64,000 nucleotides of DNA from a virus. Shown here one piece after another: positions 1 to 7,583 of the stretch. The notes under the pieces were generated by a model that made no database searches, had not been told where the DNA came from, and was given only the letters and a program-made list of their open reading frames with translations. The translations under genes and the position numbers were made by a program. The stretch lies in the IMG/VR virus record IMGVR_UViG_3300037395_000062, positions 1 through 64,000 of that record, one strand, 5' to 3'. Numbering within the stretch: the stretch's first letter is position 1; every line of letters starts with the position of its first letter.

Positions 1-510
1 GATCGATCCGTGATTGAACAGCACGGCATCGCAATCGATGCCGGTCATCTCAGTCTCCGAGGAATGCGCCAGCGACGCGGCGATCTCCGGCGACAGCAGC
101 AGTGATTCCGCGACCGGATCGCGGTTACGTTCGATCCGGATCAGCGTACCGCCGAGCGACTTCACCAGTGCGGCCTCATTGGCGAACCGCACGTCATCGA
201 CAACCACCAGCGCGTGCCCTACGGTCGCATGCAGCCATAGGTTCAACCATACCTCGGAATGGATGCAACTCCTGCCCCACTCGGTGCCCAGGGTCTGCAT
301 GGCGTGCCTGGGCGTGCGTCCAAGCAGTAAGCTGCTGGGTAATTCCTTCTCGTCGCCGTCCACCTGCGCCTCGGTCAACCCGATCGCACGCAGCATGTCC
401 TTCAGTGGCTTGGCGAACGGAACCCGCGCGTAGCCGTGCCGCTCGCATAGGTGCCTCGCCGTCGTGCTCTTGCCGGATCCCTTGGCCCCTACCAGTCCAA
501 TCAGTCGCAT
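1..510 (-). CDS. Deoxynucleoside monophosphate kinase (T4 gp1-like), truncated by the window edge
   Basis: Manual translation from ATG 510 (not in the ORF track): MRLIGLVGAKGSGKST (P-loop), FAKPLKDML, TPRHAMQTLGTEWGR, VVDDVRFANEA, HSSE; GGAG SD upstream. Confidence 0.9.
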   Translation of the reverse strand, partial: MRLIGLVGAKGSGKSTTARHLCERHGYARVPFAKPLKDMLRAIGLTEAQVDGDEKELPSSLLLGRTPRHAMQTLGTEWGRSCIHSEVWLNLWLHATVGHALVVVDDVRFANEAALVKSLGGTLIRIERNRDPVAESLLLSPEIAASLAHSSETEMTGIDCDAVLFNHGSI

Positions 511-591
511 GCTTCAACTCCATCGTTTTGTGTAATATGCGACATACTGCAAATATGTCGTTGACGCCAGCATTATGGCGGGGTAGCGTTC

Positions 592-675
592 ACGTCGTCG
601 AGGTGCGAACCCGACGACGTTTCCTCCCTTACCTAGCCGGCCGTTTCGGGGCCCACGGACGGCCGGCGCTTTTCA
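592..675 (+). ncRNA. Candidate alpha-r8 (suhB/MmgR-like) small RNA
   Basis: TTGACG-17bp-TAGCGT promoter (561-589), 5' hairpin ACGTCGTCG/CGACGACGT, single-stranded TTTCCTCCCT (620-629), 3' hairpin GCCGGCCGT/ACGGCCGGC followed by TTTT. Confidence 0.55.
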
Positions 676-696
676 GCGAAAGGCGTGCCTAGACGC

Positions 697-978
697 ATGG
701 AAGCTCAGGTCGAACGGTTGGTAAAGCAGGGATGCGACCTGTCGTTCCGTCACGTATATATCCTGCTGCGGTGCAACAGCGACGGCGACATGACGATCAA
801 GGCGTTGTCGGACGGCACCAATGGCAGGTACGACAAGCCGTCCGTCTCCCGCGACGTGCAGCGTCTGCTGGATCAGGGATATGTGGACAGGCGAACCCAT
901 CCGGAAGACAGGCGCAGCGTATTGGTGTCGCTCACGAAGGCAGGCAGGAAGTTCATCCGGGCGGCAATCAAGCCGTAG
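697..978 (+). CDS. MarR-family winged-helix transcriptional regulator
   Basis: KPSVSRDVQRLLDQGYVDRRTHPEDRRSVLVSLTKAG MarR signature; ATG 697 (track start GTG 685). Confidence 0.85.
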   Translation: MEAQVERLVKQGCDLSFRHVYILLRCNSDGDMTIKALSDGTNGRYDKPSVSRDVQRLLDQGYVDRRTHPEDRRSVLVSLTKAGRKFIRAAIKP

Positions 979-1013
979 TAGCCACCGGCAGGAGCCACGT
1001 CAGGCGATAGGCC

Positions 1014-1661
1014 TCATCGATCCGCGGCGCCAGCCACCCTTGCCAATTCGATATCCATTCGCCCCATGTCCAGCACGATCCCATCCATGAAATGACAGTC
1101 GATCGGATCGATCCGCCACTCCCCGAAATGCTTGATGCCCCAGACGTTCGGCACCAGCCACGGAACAGCCGGAACGCACGGCACGATGTCGTCGCCGTGC
1201 CAGTATTCGATACCGTCCAGCCCGGCATCAAGGATCATGGTTTTCAATTGCAACCCGCACGACCAAGGCTTTTCCCAGAGCACCGAACGAGCGAATCTGA
1301 TCCCCTCAAGCAGCGCCAGGCCAGCGATAATCGGCCCCACCCCCGCTGCCCGCGAGTGCGTGGCCATGATGATCGGCAGGTTGCCCAACTTGTCCCCGAT
1401 GACAGCCCATAGCGCCTGTGCACCCGCCAGGAAGCCGTCCTCGCAGATGCCGAGCTGCGGATGCGTGGCGGAGTGCACCCCAATGGCTTTGAAATTGGAC
1501 ACCCACTGGCGCATGTCTTGCGTGCCAGGGATCGCGAGCACGGTGTAGGTCGGATATCGATAGATCACAGCCCGGTCGATGCCTGCCGTATAGACTTCTC
1601 CGTTCGGGGAGGCCGTGTAGGCGTCTTGCACGAGCAGGGAGAGCACTGGATCGGAGATCAC
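1014..1661 (-). CDS. Lipase class 3-like alpha/beta hydrolase
   Basis: LAIPGT, GF, THSRAA (variant of GHSxG), DDIVPCVP, C-terminal His; GTG start overlaps the upstream stop. Confidence 0.7.
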   Translation of the reverse strand: MISDPVLSLLVQDAYTASPNGEVYTAGIDRAVIYRYPTYTVLAIPGTQDMRQWVSNFKAIGVHSATHPQLGICEDGFLAGAQALWAVIGDKLGNLPIIMATHSRAAGVGPIIAGLALLEGIRFARSVLWEKPWSCGLQLKTMILDAGLDGIEYWHGDDIVPCVPAVPWLVPNVWGIKHFGEWRIDPIDCHFMDGIVLDMGRMDIELARVAGAADR

Positions 1662-1891
1662 GGCGTGACGATCCCCGTGACCGGCACTGTCGATGCTGGA
1701 GCCGTGGGTGGCGCGCACTCCGTCTGGTGTCCCTTGTAGCAGAGATACGAGGACGCGAGCGCCGGCAGCACGCCAACTTCAGCGGTGGCGAACCCCAGGC
1801 CAGCACTTATGGCCGGGATCCATGGAGCGAGGGCCGCGCCGCACCCTGATAGGCACAGGGAGGTGACTGTCAGGGTGACGATGCGAGTCAC
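1658..1891 (-). CDS. Small lipoprotein
   Basis: Lipobox LSGC after a hydrophobic stretch; translationally coupled to both neighbours. Confidence 0.55.
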   Translation of the reverse strand: MTRIVTLTVTSLCLSGCGAALAPWIPAISAGLGFATAEVGVLPALASSYLCYKGHQTECAPPTAPASTVPVTGIVTP

Positions 1892-2574
1892 GCCACCGGC
1901 AACAACCACGTAAGCCGATAAGCTTCATCGATCCGGGGCGCGAACCATCCCCGTGTGCTCGGCATCCACTCACCCCATGTTGCTGTCGTGTAGCTGTCCG
2001 CGTCGGGATAGTTGCACGGCGCGATGCAGTGGCCGCCGACGACATCGCCCGCCGGGGCATCGTTCCACGGCGCATCGGGATTCACGTCGTTTTGGTAGAG
2101 CGTGACACCGAGGTAGGCCGCGCCGACTGCATTGATCGCCTCCCTGATCGCCTGATCGTCGGTCGGATCGATCCGCGCGAAGTCCAGCATCAGCCGGGCT
2201 TGTTGGCCCACGTCCAACCCGTGCACCGAAACGTATTCGAGCACATCCAGCATCTCCAGGCCGTCCGTCGCCGCGATGGCTGGCTGCGTGGCCGCGCACC
2301 CGTTGATGGCGGAATACACGCCCAACAGCGCGTCCTCGTTGATCACGAGGTCAAAGCCGTGGAAGGCCATCGCCCAGGCGCGGGCCGCGTTGACCAGCCC
2401 AGCCATAGTACAAGTCGGCAAAGAGAGATTGTAGACCGCTGATGGCGTCCATAGCAGCGGGCGCGGCAGCGTGAGCGGCACTGGAACCGCACCCATGAGA
2501 TGCGGCTTGACCGCAGCGACCCTTTGGGGCCGGTGCGGGAGGCGCCCCATGGGGAGGTTGGAGAAGTCGGGCAT
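1888..2574 (-). CDS. Papain-like cysteine peptidase
   Basis: CTMAG, GGHCI and TWG motifs. Confidence 0.6.
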   Translation of the reverse strand: MPDFSNLPMGRLPHRPQRVAAVKPHLMGAVPVPLTLPRPLLWTPSAVYNLSLPTCTMAGLVNAARAWAMAFHGFDLVINEDALLGVYSAINGCAATQPAIAATDGLEMLDVLEYVSVHGLDVGQQARLMLDFARIDPTDDQAIREAINAVGAAYLGVTLYQNDVNPDAPWNDAPAGDVVGGHCIAPCNYPDADSYTTATWGEWMPSTRGWFAPRIDEAYRLTWLLPVA

Positions 2575-2987
2575 TATTTGGCTCCTGGAGATTGTTGGAT
2601 CACCAGAGGATACCTCTGTCGAACGATCACGTGCGGATAAGTCTCACCCGCGTAATTGAAGGCTGAATCGAGATCTGTGTGAGCGAATCCGGTCACATAG
2701 AAACCAGAGCAAGAATTCCCTCGCGTATCTCCGGATCGATCCCACCAGAAGAAGGCGAGCCACAGCGGAGTGCCCCCGCAGGTCCAGAACACTTTGCCGT
2801 CATATACGTCGGGGTGTTTGCCGTTTCGGAGCAGGCCGCCATCCAGCAAATTGAACCACACATCCGGAAACCCCGGAATGTCACTCTTGCCGGGTTCTCG
2901 CCATTTGCCAGCCTCTTGCAGGTAGTGACCGCCCCTCTCACGATAACCGAAATATAGCGCGCGTTTTGTGGTAGCGATCTGTATCAT
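2574..2987 (-). CDS. Hypothetical protein
   Basis: Coupled ORF in the minus-strand operon. Confidence 0.55.
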   Translation of the reverse strand: MIQIATTKRALYFGYRERGGHYLQEAGKWREPGKSDIPGFPDVWFNLLDGGLLRNGKHPDVYDGKVFWTCGGTPLWLAFFWWDRSGDTRGNSCSGFYVTGFAHTDLDSAFNYAGETYPHVIVRQRYPLVIQQSPGAK

Positions 2988-3007
2988 CGGCGTAGTCGCC
3001 CCAAACG

Positions 3008-3487
3008 CTAGCTAACTCCGGCTGCCAGCAACGCTCGCGCCTGTTTGGCCGTGTAGACCGGAGCGACGGCACCGGGCGCCGCAGCCGACAGCCCAACAGC
3101 CGCCAGCAGCGTCGGTAGCAACGACACCGCAGCATTGATGATCGGCCCGATGGCCGCTGCACCGGGAATGAACGACAGCGCAATCGGCGCCAGCGCCTGA
3201 ACTGTCTGTACGATCTCCTGGACCGTGCTGGTAGGGGTCGTGACGGTCGCTGCGGCGACGGTCTTCGCGTCGGCCTGAATGGTGGTCAGGTAGCCCTGAA
3301 GCTGCGCCACGGTGGCCGCCGGGATGCCTGGAATGGCAGCGATGGCAGCGATTGCCGAGGACAGGCCGGATGCGATCAGGTTGGCATCGGTGGCGATCTG
3401 GGAGACGGTTGGGGCGGTAGCGCTGCATGCCGCAACAGAGACGACAGCGAGTGCCGTGGTGGCGCGCAGGAGGGTTCGGCGGTTCAT
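3008..3487 (-). CDS. Tat-type lipoprotein (envelope/lysis accessory)
   Basis: MNRRTLL twin-arginine motif and VAAC lipobox; AAGGAA SD. Confidence 0.7.
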   Translation of the reverse strand: MNRRTLLRATTALAVVSVAACSATAPTVSQIATDANLIASGLSSAIAAIAAIPGIPAATVAQLQGYLTTIQADAKTVAAATVTTPTSTVQEIVQTVQALAPIALSFIPGAAAIGPIINAAVSLLPTLLAAVGLSAAAPGAVAPVYTAKQARALLAAGVS

Positions 3488-3889
3488 GGTTGGGTTTCCT
3501 TCACGGAAAAAGCAGAGTGGCCACGATCGGAACGACTACCAGAAAGATGATAGGTAAAACAACAATCAGGAATGCCGTTTTGAGTTTCGATAGAAACAGA
3601 CTTTGCACGGAGATTCCTTCAACGGATGATATGCGCGAGATACGCCATCGCCACGATCAGCGCCAAAGCACCGAACAGGACGAAGGCCCGAATCAACGAA
3701 AAAGGAAAAACAGCACGACGAGCAGCAGGATGAACCCGATTGCCGAGGACAGGCCGGATGCGATCAGGTAGGCATCGGTGGCGATCTGGGAGACGGTTGG
3801 GGCGGTAGCGCTGCATGCCGCAACAGAGACGACAGCGAGTGCCGTGGTGGCGCGCAGGAGGGTTCGGCGGTTCATGGTTGGGTTTCCTT
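3349..3889. repeat. 153-bp direct repeat (3349-3501 / 3737-3889, one mismatch)
   Basis: Duplicates the RBS and 5' end of the lipoprotein gene. Confidence 0.9.
3693..3875 (-). CDS. Chimeric short lipoprotein with C-terminal transmembrane segment
   Basis: Same N-terminus as 3008-3487, then GFILLLVVLFFLFR. Confidence 0.45.
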   Translation of the reverse strand: MNRRTLLRATTALAVVSVAACSATAPTVSQIATDAYLIASGLSSAIGFILLLVVLFFLFR

Positions 3890-3920
3890 ACGGGTCAGTG
3901 AAAAACGCCAGCGAGTTGCG

Positions 3921-5000
3921 TTAAGCGGAAGGCGCAGGCGGGGTGCTCATCGGCCCGGTTTGCGCCTGGGTCTCGTTCTTCGCCCGCCGGCATACCTCAT
4001 TGAGAATGCGGCGCTCGGAGAGTTCACAGTCGCTTGCGTTCAACTCTACGCCGATCGCGTGTCGCCCGAGCTTGAGGGCAGATATCGCCGCCGTCCCGGA
4101 GCCAAGGAACGGGTCCAGCACTGTTCCGCCCTCCGGGCACCCGCATACAATGCAGCGCTCCGCCAATTCCGCCGGGAAGGGAGCGCTGTGGTTGTGAGGG
4201 TTGTCCGGTCGCGCTTTGATCGTCCAGATATCTTCTTCGCCGCCCAGGGCATCGCGGTTGAAATAATACCTCGGCTGCTTTGCGAAAATGAACAGGTGCT
4301 CGTACATCCGATGCGGCCGATCGTGGGCAGCCGGCTCGCTCAAACAACCGGGGCGGTACCAGATCACGTCGCTGCGCAGCGTCCAGCCCCTATCCTGCAT
4401 TGCCAACGCTACGCGCCAGGGCAGGCCGATAAGGGACTTCCTTGGCAGCCCCAGCCCAGGGCCATCCACAGCCCGTAGCTGTTGGCGGGCGAACTGTCGC
4501 CCGGAGTGCTTCTTATCCGTGCCGTGCGGCTTCCCCTTCGCATTGTAATAGGCATCGCCGATATTGAGGAAAAACACGCCGTCGTCGGTGAGGACGCGCT
4601 TTACCTCATCGAATGCCGCGACCAACGCCTCAACATATTCTCCAATCGTCGGCTCATGGCCGATCTGGCCTTCCACGCCGTAGTCCCTCTGCCAAAAATA
4701 GGGTGGGGACGTGACCGCGCAGTTGGCGGAGCCGACGGCAAGGGTGCGAAATCCCACGCATACGTCGGCATTGAGGATACGATAGGATAGATTCTCGCCG
4801 ACGTGACCATTACGAGTGGGAATCCCAGATTCGGTGCCCGGACTTCCCGCAGGCGGGGGGCGGGCAGACGACTGCCTGATCACCCTTGTACCCGTGGCAG
4901 ACTTCGCCAAGAACGCCTGGACGGCACTCTCGGAAACCCTGATTAGCCCGCGTTTTCCAGCCTTTGCACATTCCAGATTGCCGTCCTGCATTTTCTTCAC
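3921..5000 (-). CDS. Beta-class N4-C/N6-A DNA methyltransferase with a degenerate N-terminal excisionase-like HTH
   Basis: TSPPY, NIGD, HSAPFP, VLDPFLGSGT motifs. Confidence 0.9.
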   Translation of the reverse strand: MKKMQDGNLECAKAGKRGLIRVSESAVQAFLAKSATGTRVIRQSSARPPPAGSPGTESGIPTRNGHVGENLSYRILNADVCVGFRTLAVGSANCAVTSPPYFWQRDYGVEGQIGHEPTIGEYVEALVAAFDEVKRVLTDDGVFFLNIGDAYYNAKGKPHGTDKKHSGRQFARQQLRAVDGPGLGLPRKSLIGLPWRVALAMQDRGWTLRSDVIWYRPGCLSEPAAHDRPHRMYEHLFIFAKQPRYYFNRDALGGEEDIWTIKARPDNPHNHSAPFPAELAERCIVCGCPEGGTVLDPFLGSGTAAISALKLGRHAIGVELNASDCELSERRILNEVCRRAKNETQAQTGPMSTPPAPSA

Positions 5001-5058
5001 GGCCTAGCCGATCCCTTTCAAGGCGTCGCGTTTCTCGAACATGATTGGTCTCCTTGCG

Positions 5059-5472
5059 TTAAGCGGAAGGCGCAGGCGGGGTCGGTGCCGAGACGATGCC
5101 GGAGATCGGCCTGCTGGTCACGTAGCGCATGATATAGCTGCCCACGAGCGTTCCGAGTAGCGCCGCAGCCCCAGCCACCTCGTTGACGGTATCGGTTGAC
5201 CAGCACGTTGCTGTGACGACGGCGCCGCAAGACAGGCCGTATTTGGTCGCGAGCATGGATACCAGCGCGACAGCCACTGTGCCCCACGGGGACTTGGATG
5301 CGATCAGCGCCTTGGGTGCCAGGTCTGGGTCGAGCACGGAAAGCGCCTTGATAGCCGCTGGCACGTCACTTGCTCCGTTCGCCATAGCGGTTTGCAGGTT
5401 GGCCCTCAGTGTGGTTACCGAGGTGGATGCCTCGATTGCCGTTGCGGCCGTGGTCGGGATGGTTGTGCTCAT
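5059..5472 (-). CDS. Holin-like membrane protein
   Basis: Two hydrophobic helices, SKSPW and RYVTSRPI motifs, position in the lysis module. Confidence 0.5.
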   Translation of the reverse strand: MSTTIPTTAATAIEASTSVTTLRANLQTAMANGASDVPAAIKALSVLDPDLAPKALIASKSPWGTVAVALVSMLATKYGLSCGAVVTATCWSTDTVNEVAGAAALLGTLVGSYIMRYVTSRPISGIVSAPTPPAPSA

Positions 5473-5834
5473 GGTTGCTCTTTCAAGTTTTTTGCGTAAT
5501 CAGCCAGAAACGCCCGATCATCATCTTCGACCCTCTGCTCGGCCCGCTGATCATTTGCAGCCTTCGTCACGCTCCAAGCGGCGTCTACTTTGCGACACAT
5601 CTCATATCCCGGCTTCCATTGATATGTTTCAGGATAGGTAAAATTTGGTTTTTGTTCGCGGTGCATATCGCAGATTGTGATAGCTCGATCGAGTTTCGAG
5701 TCGCCTGATGGAATCCTGGTGTCTATTGTCGGCGGACAGAATCTAATCCAAGGCACACGGGTGCAGTCAACCGTGATTTGTGCGCTGGCCACAGATGGCA
5801 GCATCGCGATTGCAACAATAATCGAGGGTCTCAC
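5469..5834 (-). CDS. Secreted hypothetical protein
   Basis: Signal peptide ending ASA; four Cys. Confidence 0.5.
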   Translation of the reverse strand: MRPSIIVAIAMLPSVASAQITVDCTRVPWIRFCPPTIDTRIPSGDSKLDRAITICDMHREQKPNFTYPETYQWKPGYEMCRKVDAAWSVTKAANDQRAEQRVEDDDRAFLADYAKNLKEQP

Positions 5835-6013
5835 GTCGGTTGCTCCGGTATTGCTGACGCGGCGGCGGCAAGCCGCTTCTCCACCAGCGTCGCGATAGCC
5901 TCACGACAAAACGCAACCCTATCCTCGCCAGGACGAAGGGCGGCGGCAACACTGTCCACCATCTGCTGGTCAACACGGATGTGGAGCACGTGCGGATAAC
6001 GTAGCGGCCTCAT
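5831..6013 (-). CDS. Ribbon-helix-helix-like DNA-binding protein
   Basis: LHIRV beta strand followed by two helices (GEDRVAFCREAI); divergent from the tRNA array. Confidence 0.55.
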   Translation of the reverse strand: MRPLRYPHVLHIRVDQQMVDSVAAALRPGEDRVAFCREAIATLVEKRLAAAASAIPEQPT

Positions 6014-6110
6014 GACGGTCTGTATACCGTGATCCGGACGGGATTGCAATGGTTGGCACCCCGGAACGCAAAAGAGGCCCGACCCTGCGGCCGGACCTAG
6101 AAATTATCGC

Positions 6111-6139
6111 TTGACGCTCAGCCTTAACCTCACTACCGA
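6111..6139 (+). promoter_or_regulatory. Sigma70-like promoter of the tRNA array
   Basis: TTGACG-17bp-TACCGA; predicted start site falls at about ATG 6147. Confidence 0.5.
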
Positions 6140-6146
6140 TAGCGTC

Positions 6147-6245
6147 ATGTTGAAAGAGTCCATACAGAAGCTGTGCGTTTCGAAGCATCTCCGGGAAAAT
6201 TCCGAGACGCAATGCTACGCGCGCGGAGAGGCTCAGTCGGGATAA
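6147..6245 (+). CDS. Putative leader peptide (32 aa) of the tRNA-array attenuator
   Basis: MLKESIQKLCVSKHLRENSETQCYARGEAQSG*; overlaps antiterminator strand 6226-6234. Confidence 0.55.
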   Translation: MLKESIQKLCVSKHLRENSETQCYARGEAQSG

Positions 6246-6282
6246 CGAATCCTGACATCGGCAAGACAGCCGGGAGCCTCTC
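6226..6282 (+). promoter_or_regulatory. Putative antiterminator
   Basis: GAGAGGCTC (6226-6234) pairs perfectly with GAGCCTCTC (6274-6282), which is the left arm of the terminator. Confidence 0.6.
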
Positions 6283-6310
6283 AGAGAAATCTGAGGGGCT
6301 TTTTAGTTTT
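6275..6310 (+). terminator. Intrinsic terminator upstream of the first tRNA
   Basis: 11-bp stem AGCCTCTCAGA/TCTGAGGGGCT, GAAA loop, TTTTAGTTTT tail. Confidence 0.85.
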
Positions 6311-6380
6311 CGTGCCTATCGATCTTTGACAGTAGCATCAGGTCATGACGGCCAACCCCAGCCAAGGGTTGGTGACTAAT

Positions 6381-6452
6381 GGGGTGCCCGCAGGGCCGGT
6401 GCTGTTCCTTGCAAGAACGGTTAGCAGAGTTCGATTCTCTGGCACTCCACCA
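6381..6452 (+). tRNA. tRNA-Ala(TGC)
   Basis: Cloverleaf, loop CT-TGC-AA, CCA end. Confidence 0.85.
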
Positions 6453-6454
6453 AT

Positions 6455-6529
6455 GCGGGCAGTGCGCGACGGGTTGCGTGTCACGTTGCCAACGTGAATC
6501 ATCGAGTTCGACTCTCGATGCCCGCTCCA
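6455..6529 (+). tRNA. tRNA-Gly(GCC)
   Basis: Loop TT-GCC-AA, CCA end. Confidence 0.85.
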
Positions 6530-6536
6530 ATTGCCT

Positions 6537-6611
6537 GGACGAATAGCTCAGTGGTCAGAGCTGGCAGCTCATAACTGTCTGGTCTCGGTTCGATCCCGAG
6601 TTCGTCCACCA
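6537..6611 (+). tRNA. tRNA-CAT (elongator Met or Ile2)
   Basis: Canonical D and T arms, loop CT-CAT-AA. Confidence 0.85.
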
Positions 6612-6614
6612 TGT

Positions 6615-6687
6615 TGCAGGGAGGCCAGGGTGCCCGGCTCGGCTCATAACCGAAGCCTCGGCGGTTCGATTCCGCCCTCTGCAACCA
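6615..6687 (+). tRNA. tRNA-Met(CAT), initiator-like
   Basis: TCGG-CTCATAA-CCGA, CCA end. Confidence 0.75.
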
Positions 6688-6689
6688 AT

Positions 6690-6765
6690 GCCCGGTTAGC
6701 TGATGTGGTCATAGCGGCGGTTTGAAGAACCGTTGAACGTCGTTCGATTCGACGGCCGGGCACCA
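6690..6765 (+). tRNA. tRNA-Phe(GAA)
   Basis: Loop TT-GAA-GA, CCA end. Confidence 0.85.
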
Positions 6766-6769
6766 GTTT

Positions 6770-6844
6770 GCGGCATTCCGTCTCTGGGGAGACGACCAGC
6801 CTTCCAAGCTGAGAAGATGGGTTCGATTCCCATATGCCGCTCCA
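6770..6844 (+). tRNA. tRNA-Gly(TCC)
   Basis: Loop CT-TCC-AA, CCA end. Confidence 0.85.
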
Positions 6845-6849
6845 AGTTT

Positions 6850-6925
6850 TCCCATCGACCGAGCAAGCGAACGGACCTGCCTGTTAAGCAGAGGTCGCCA
6901 GGGGCGGTACCTGGGATGGGAGCCA
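6850..6925 (+). tRNA. tRNA-Asn(GTT)
   Basis: Loop CT-GTT-AA; atypical T loop. Confidence 0.75.
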
Positions 6926-6927
6926 AT

Positions 6928-6995
6928 ACCGGGGCGACGTGGCGTCAACACGGTCTCCAAAACCGTGGATGAGGGTTCAATTCCTTCCTCCGGTG
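6928..6995 (+). tRNA. tRNA-Trp(CCA)
   Basis: Loop CT-CCA-AA; followed by CCG rather than CCA. Confidence 0.75.
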
Positions 6996-7002
6996 CCGGA
7001 AT

Positions 7003-7077
7003 GAAGCGTGAATCCGACGGGTTGGGTGGTGGTCTGCAAAACCACATCACGGGGTTCAACTCCCTGACGCTTCTCCA
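7003..7077 (+). tRNA. tRNA-Cys(GCA)
   Basis: Loop CT-GCA-AA, U73, CCA end. Confidence 0.8.
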
Positions 7078-7110
7078 AGATTGCGACCGCGCTTGCGCGA
7101 CGCTCAGAGT

Positions 7111-7186
7111 GTGGTCGAGGCCAACGAAGTGAGGCGCCCGTCTGTGGAACGGGCCTTACCGGATGCAAGTTCCGGCGATCACCCCA
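7111..7186 (+). tRNA. tRNA-His(GTG)
   Basis: Loop CT-GTG-GA, C73, no encoded G-1. Confidence 0.75.
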
Positions 7187-7191
7187 TTCAT

Positions 7192-7267
7192 GCTCCGGTA
7201 GCACAGAGGAAGTGCAGTCGCCTTGTAAGTGACAGGTCGCGGGTTCGAGTCCTCGCCCGGAGCACCA
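7192..7267 (+). tRNA. tRNA-Thr(TGT)
   Basis: Loop CT-TGT-AA, CCA end. Confidence 0.85.
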
Positions 7268-7271
7268 GTTT

Positions 7272-7345
7272 GGCGGATACCTCCGGCCGAGGGCGGCGCG
7301 TTCTGAGCGCGTTCGAGCAGAGATCGACACTCTGGTCCGCTGCCA
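7272..7345 (+). tRNA. tRNA-Gln(CTG)
   Basis: Loop TT-CTG-AG, CCA end. Confidence 0.7.
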
Positions 7346-7349
7346 CCAT

Positions 7350-7420
7350 GGCGGGAGTTCCGGGAACAGGCGATCTTTTGAGGTTCGCCGCGCGCGGTTC
7401 GACACCGTGGCCCGCTGCCA
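7350..7420 (+). tRNA. tRNA-Gln(TTG)
   Basis: Loop TT-TTG-AG; weak anticodon stem. Confidence 0.65.
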
Positions 7421-7425
7421 GGTAT

Positions 7426-7500
7426 GGCCCTTTCGACCACAGGTTAAGTCGGCGCTCTCTCAAGGCGCAGAACCGGGATTGTTACCCGGAAGGGCCACCA
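7426..7500 (+). tRNA. tRNA-Glu(CTC)
   Basis: Loop CT-CTC-AA; atypical T loop. Confidence 0.75.
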
Positions 7501-7505
7501 ACAAT

Positions 7506-7582
7506 GCGAGCGTCGGCGGATGGCGACGCGGACGCACTTAAAATGCGTCGAATATTGGGTTCGATTCCCAGCGCTCGCACCA
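7506..7582 (+). tRNA. tRNA-Leu(TAA), short variable arm
   Basis: Loop CT-TAA-AA, CCA end. Confidence 0.8.
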
Positions 7583-7583
7583 T

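Noticed and set aside
970-3889. Diversity-generating retroelement TR/VR pairs
   Set aside because: Repeat differences are synonymous or single, not adenine-specific, and no reverse transcriptase is present in the window
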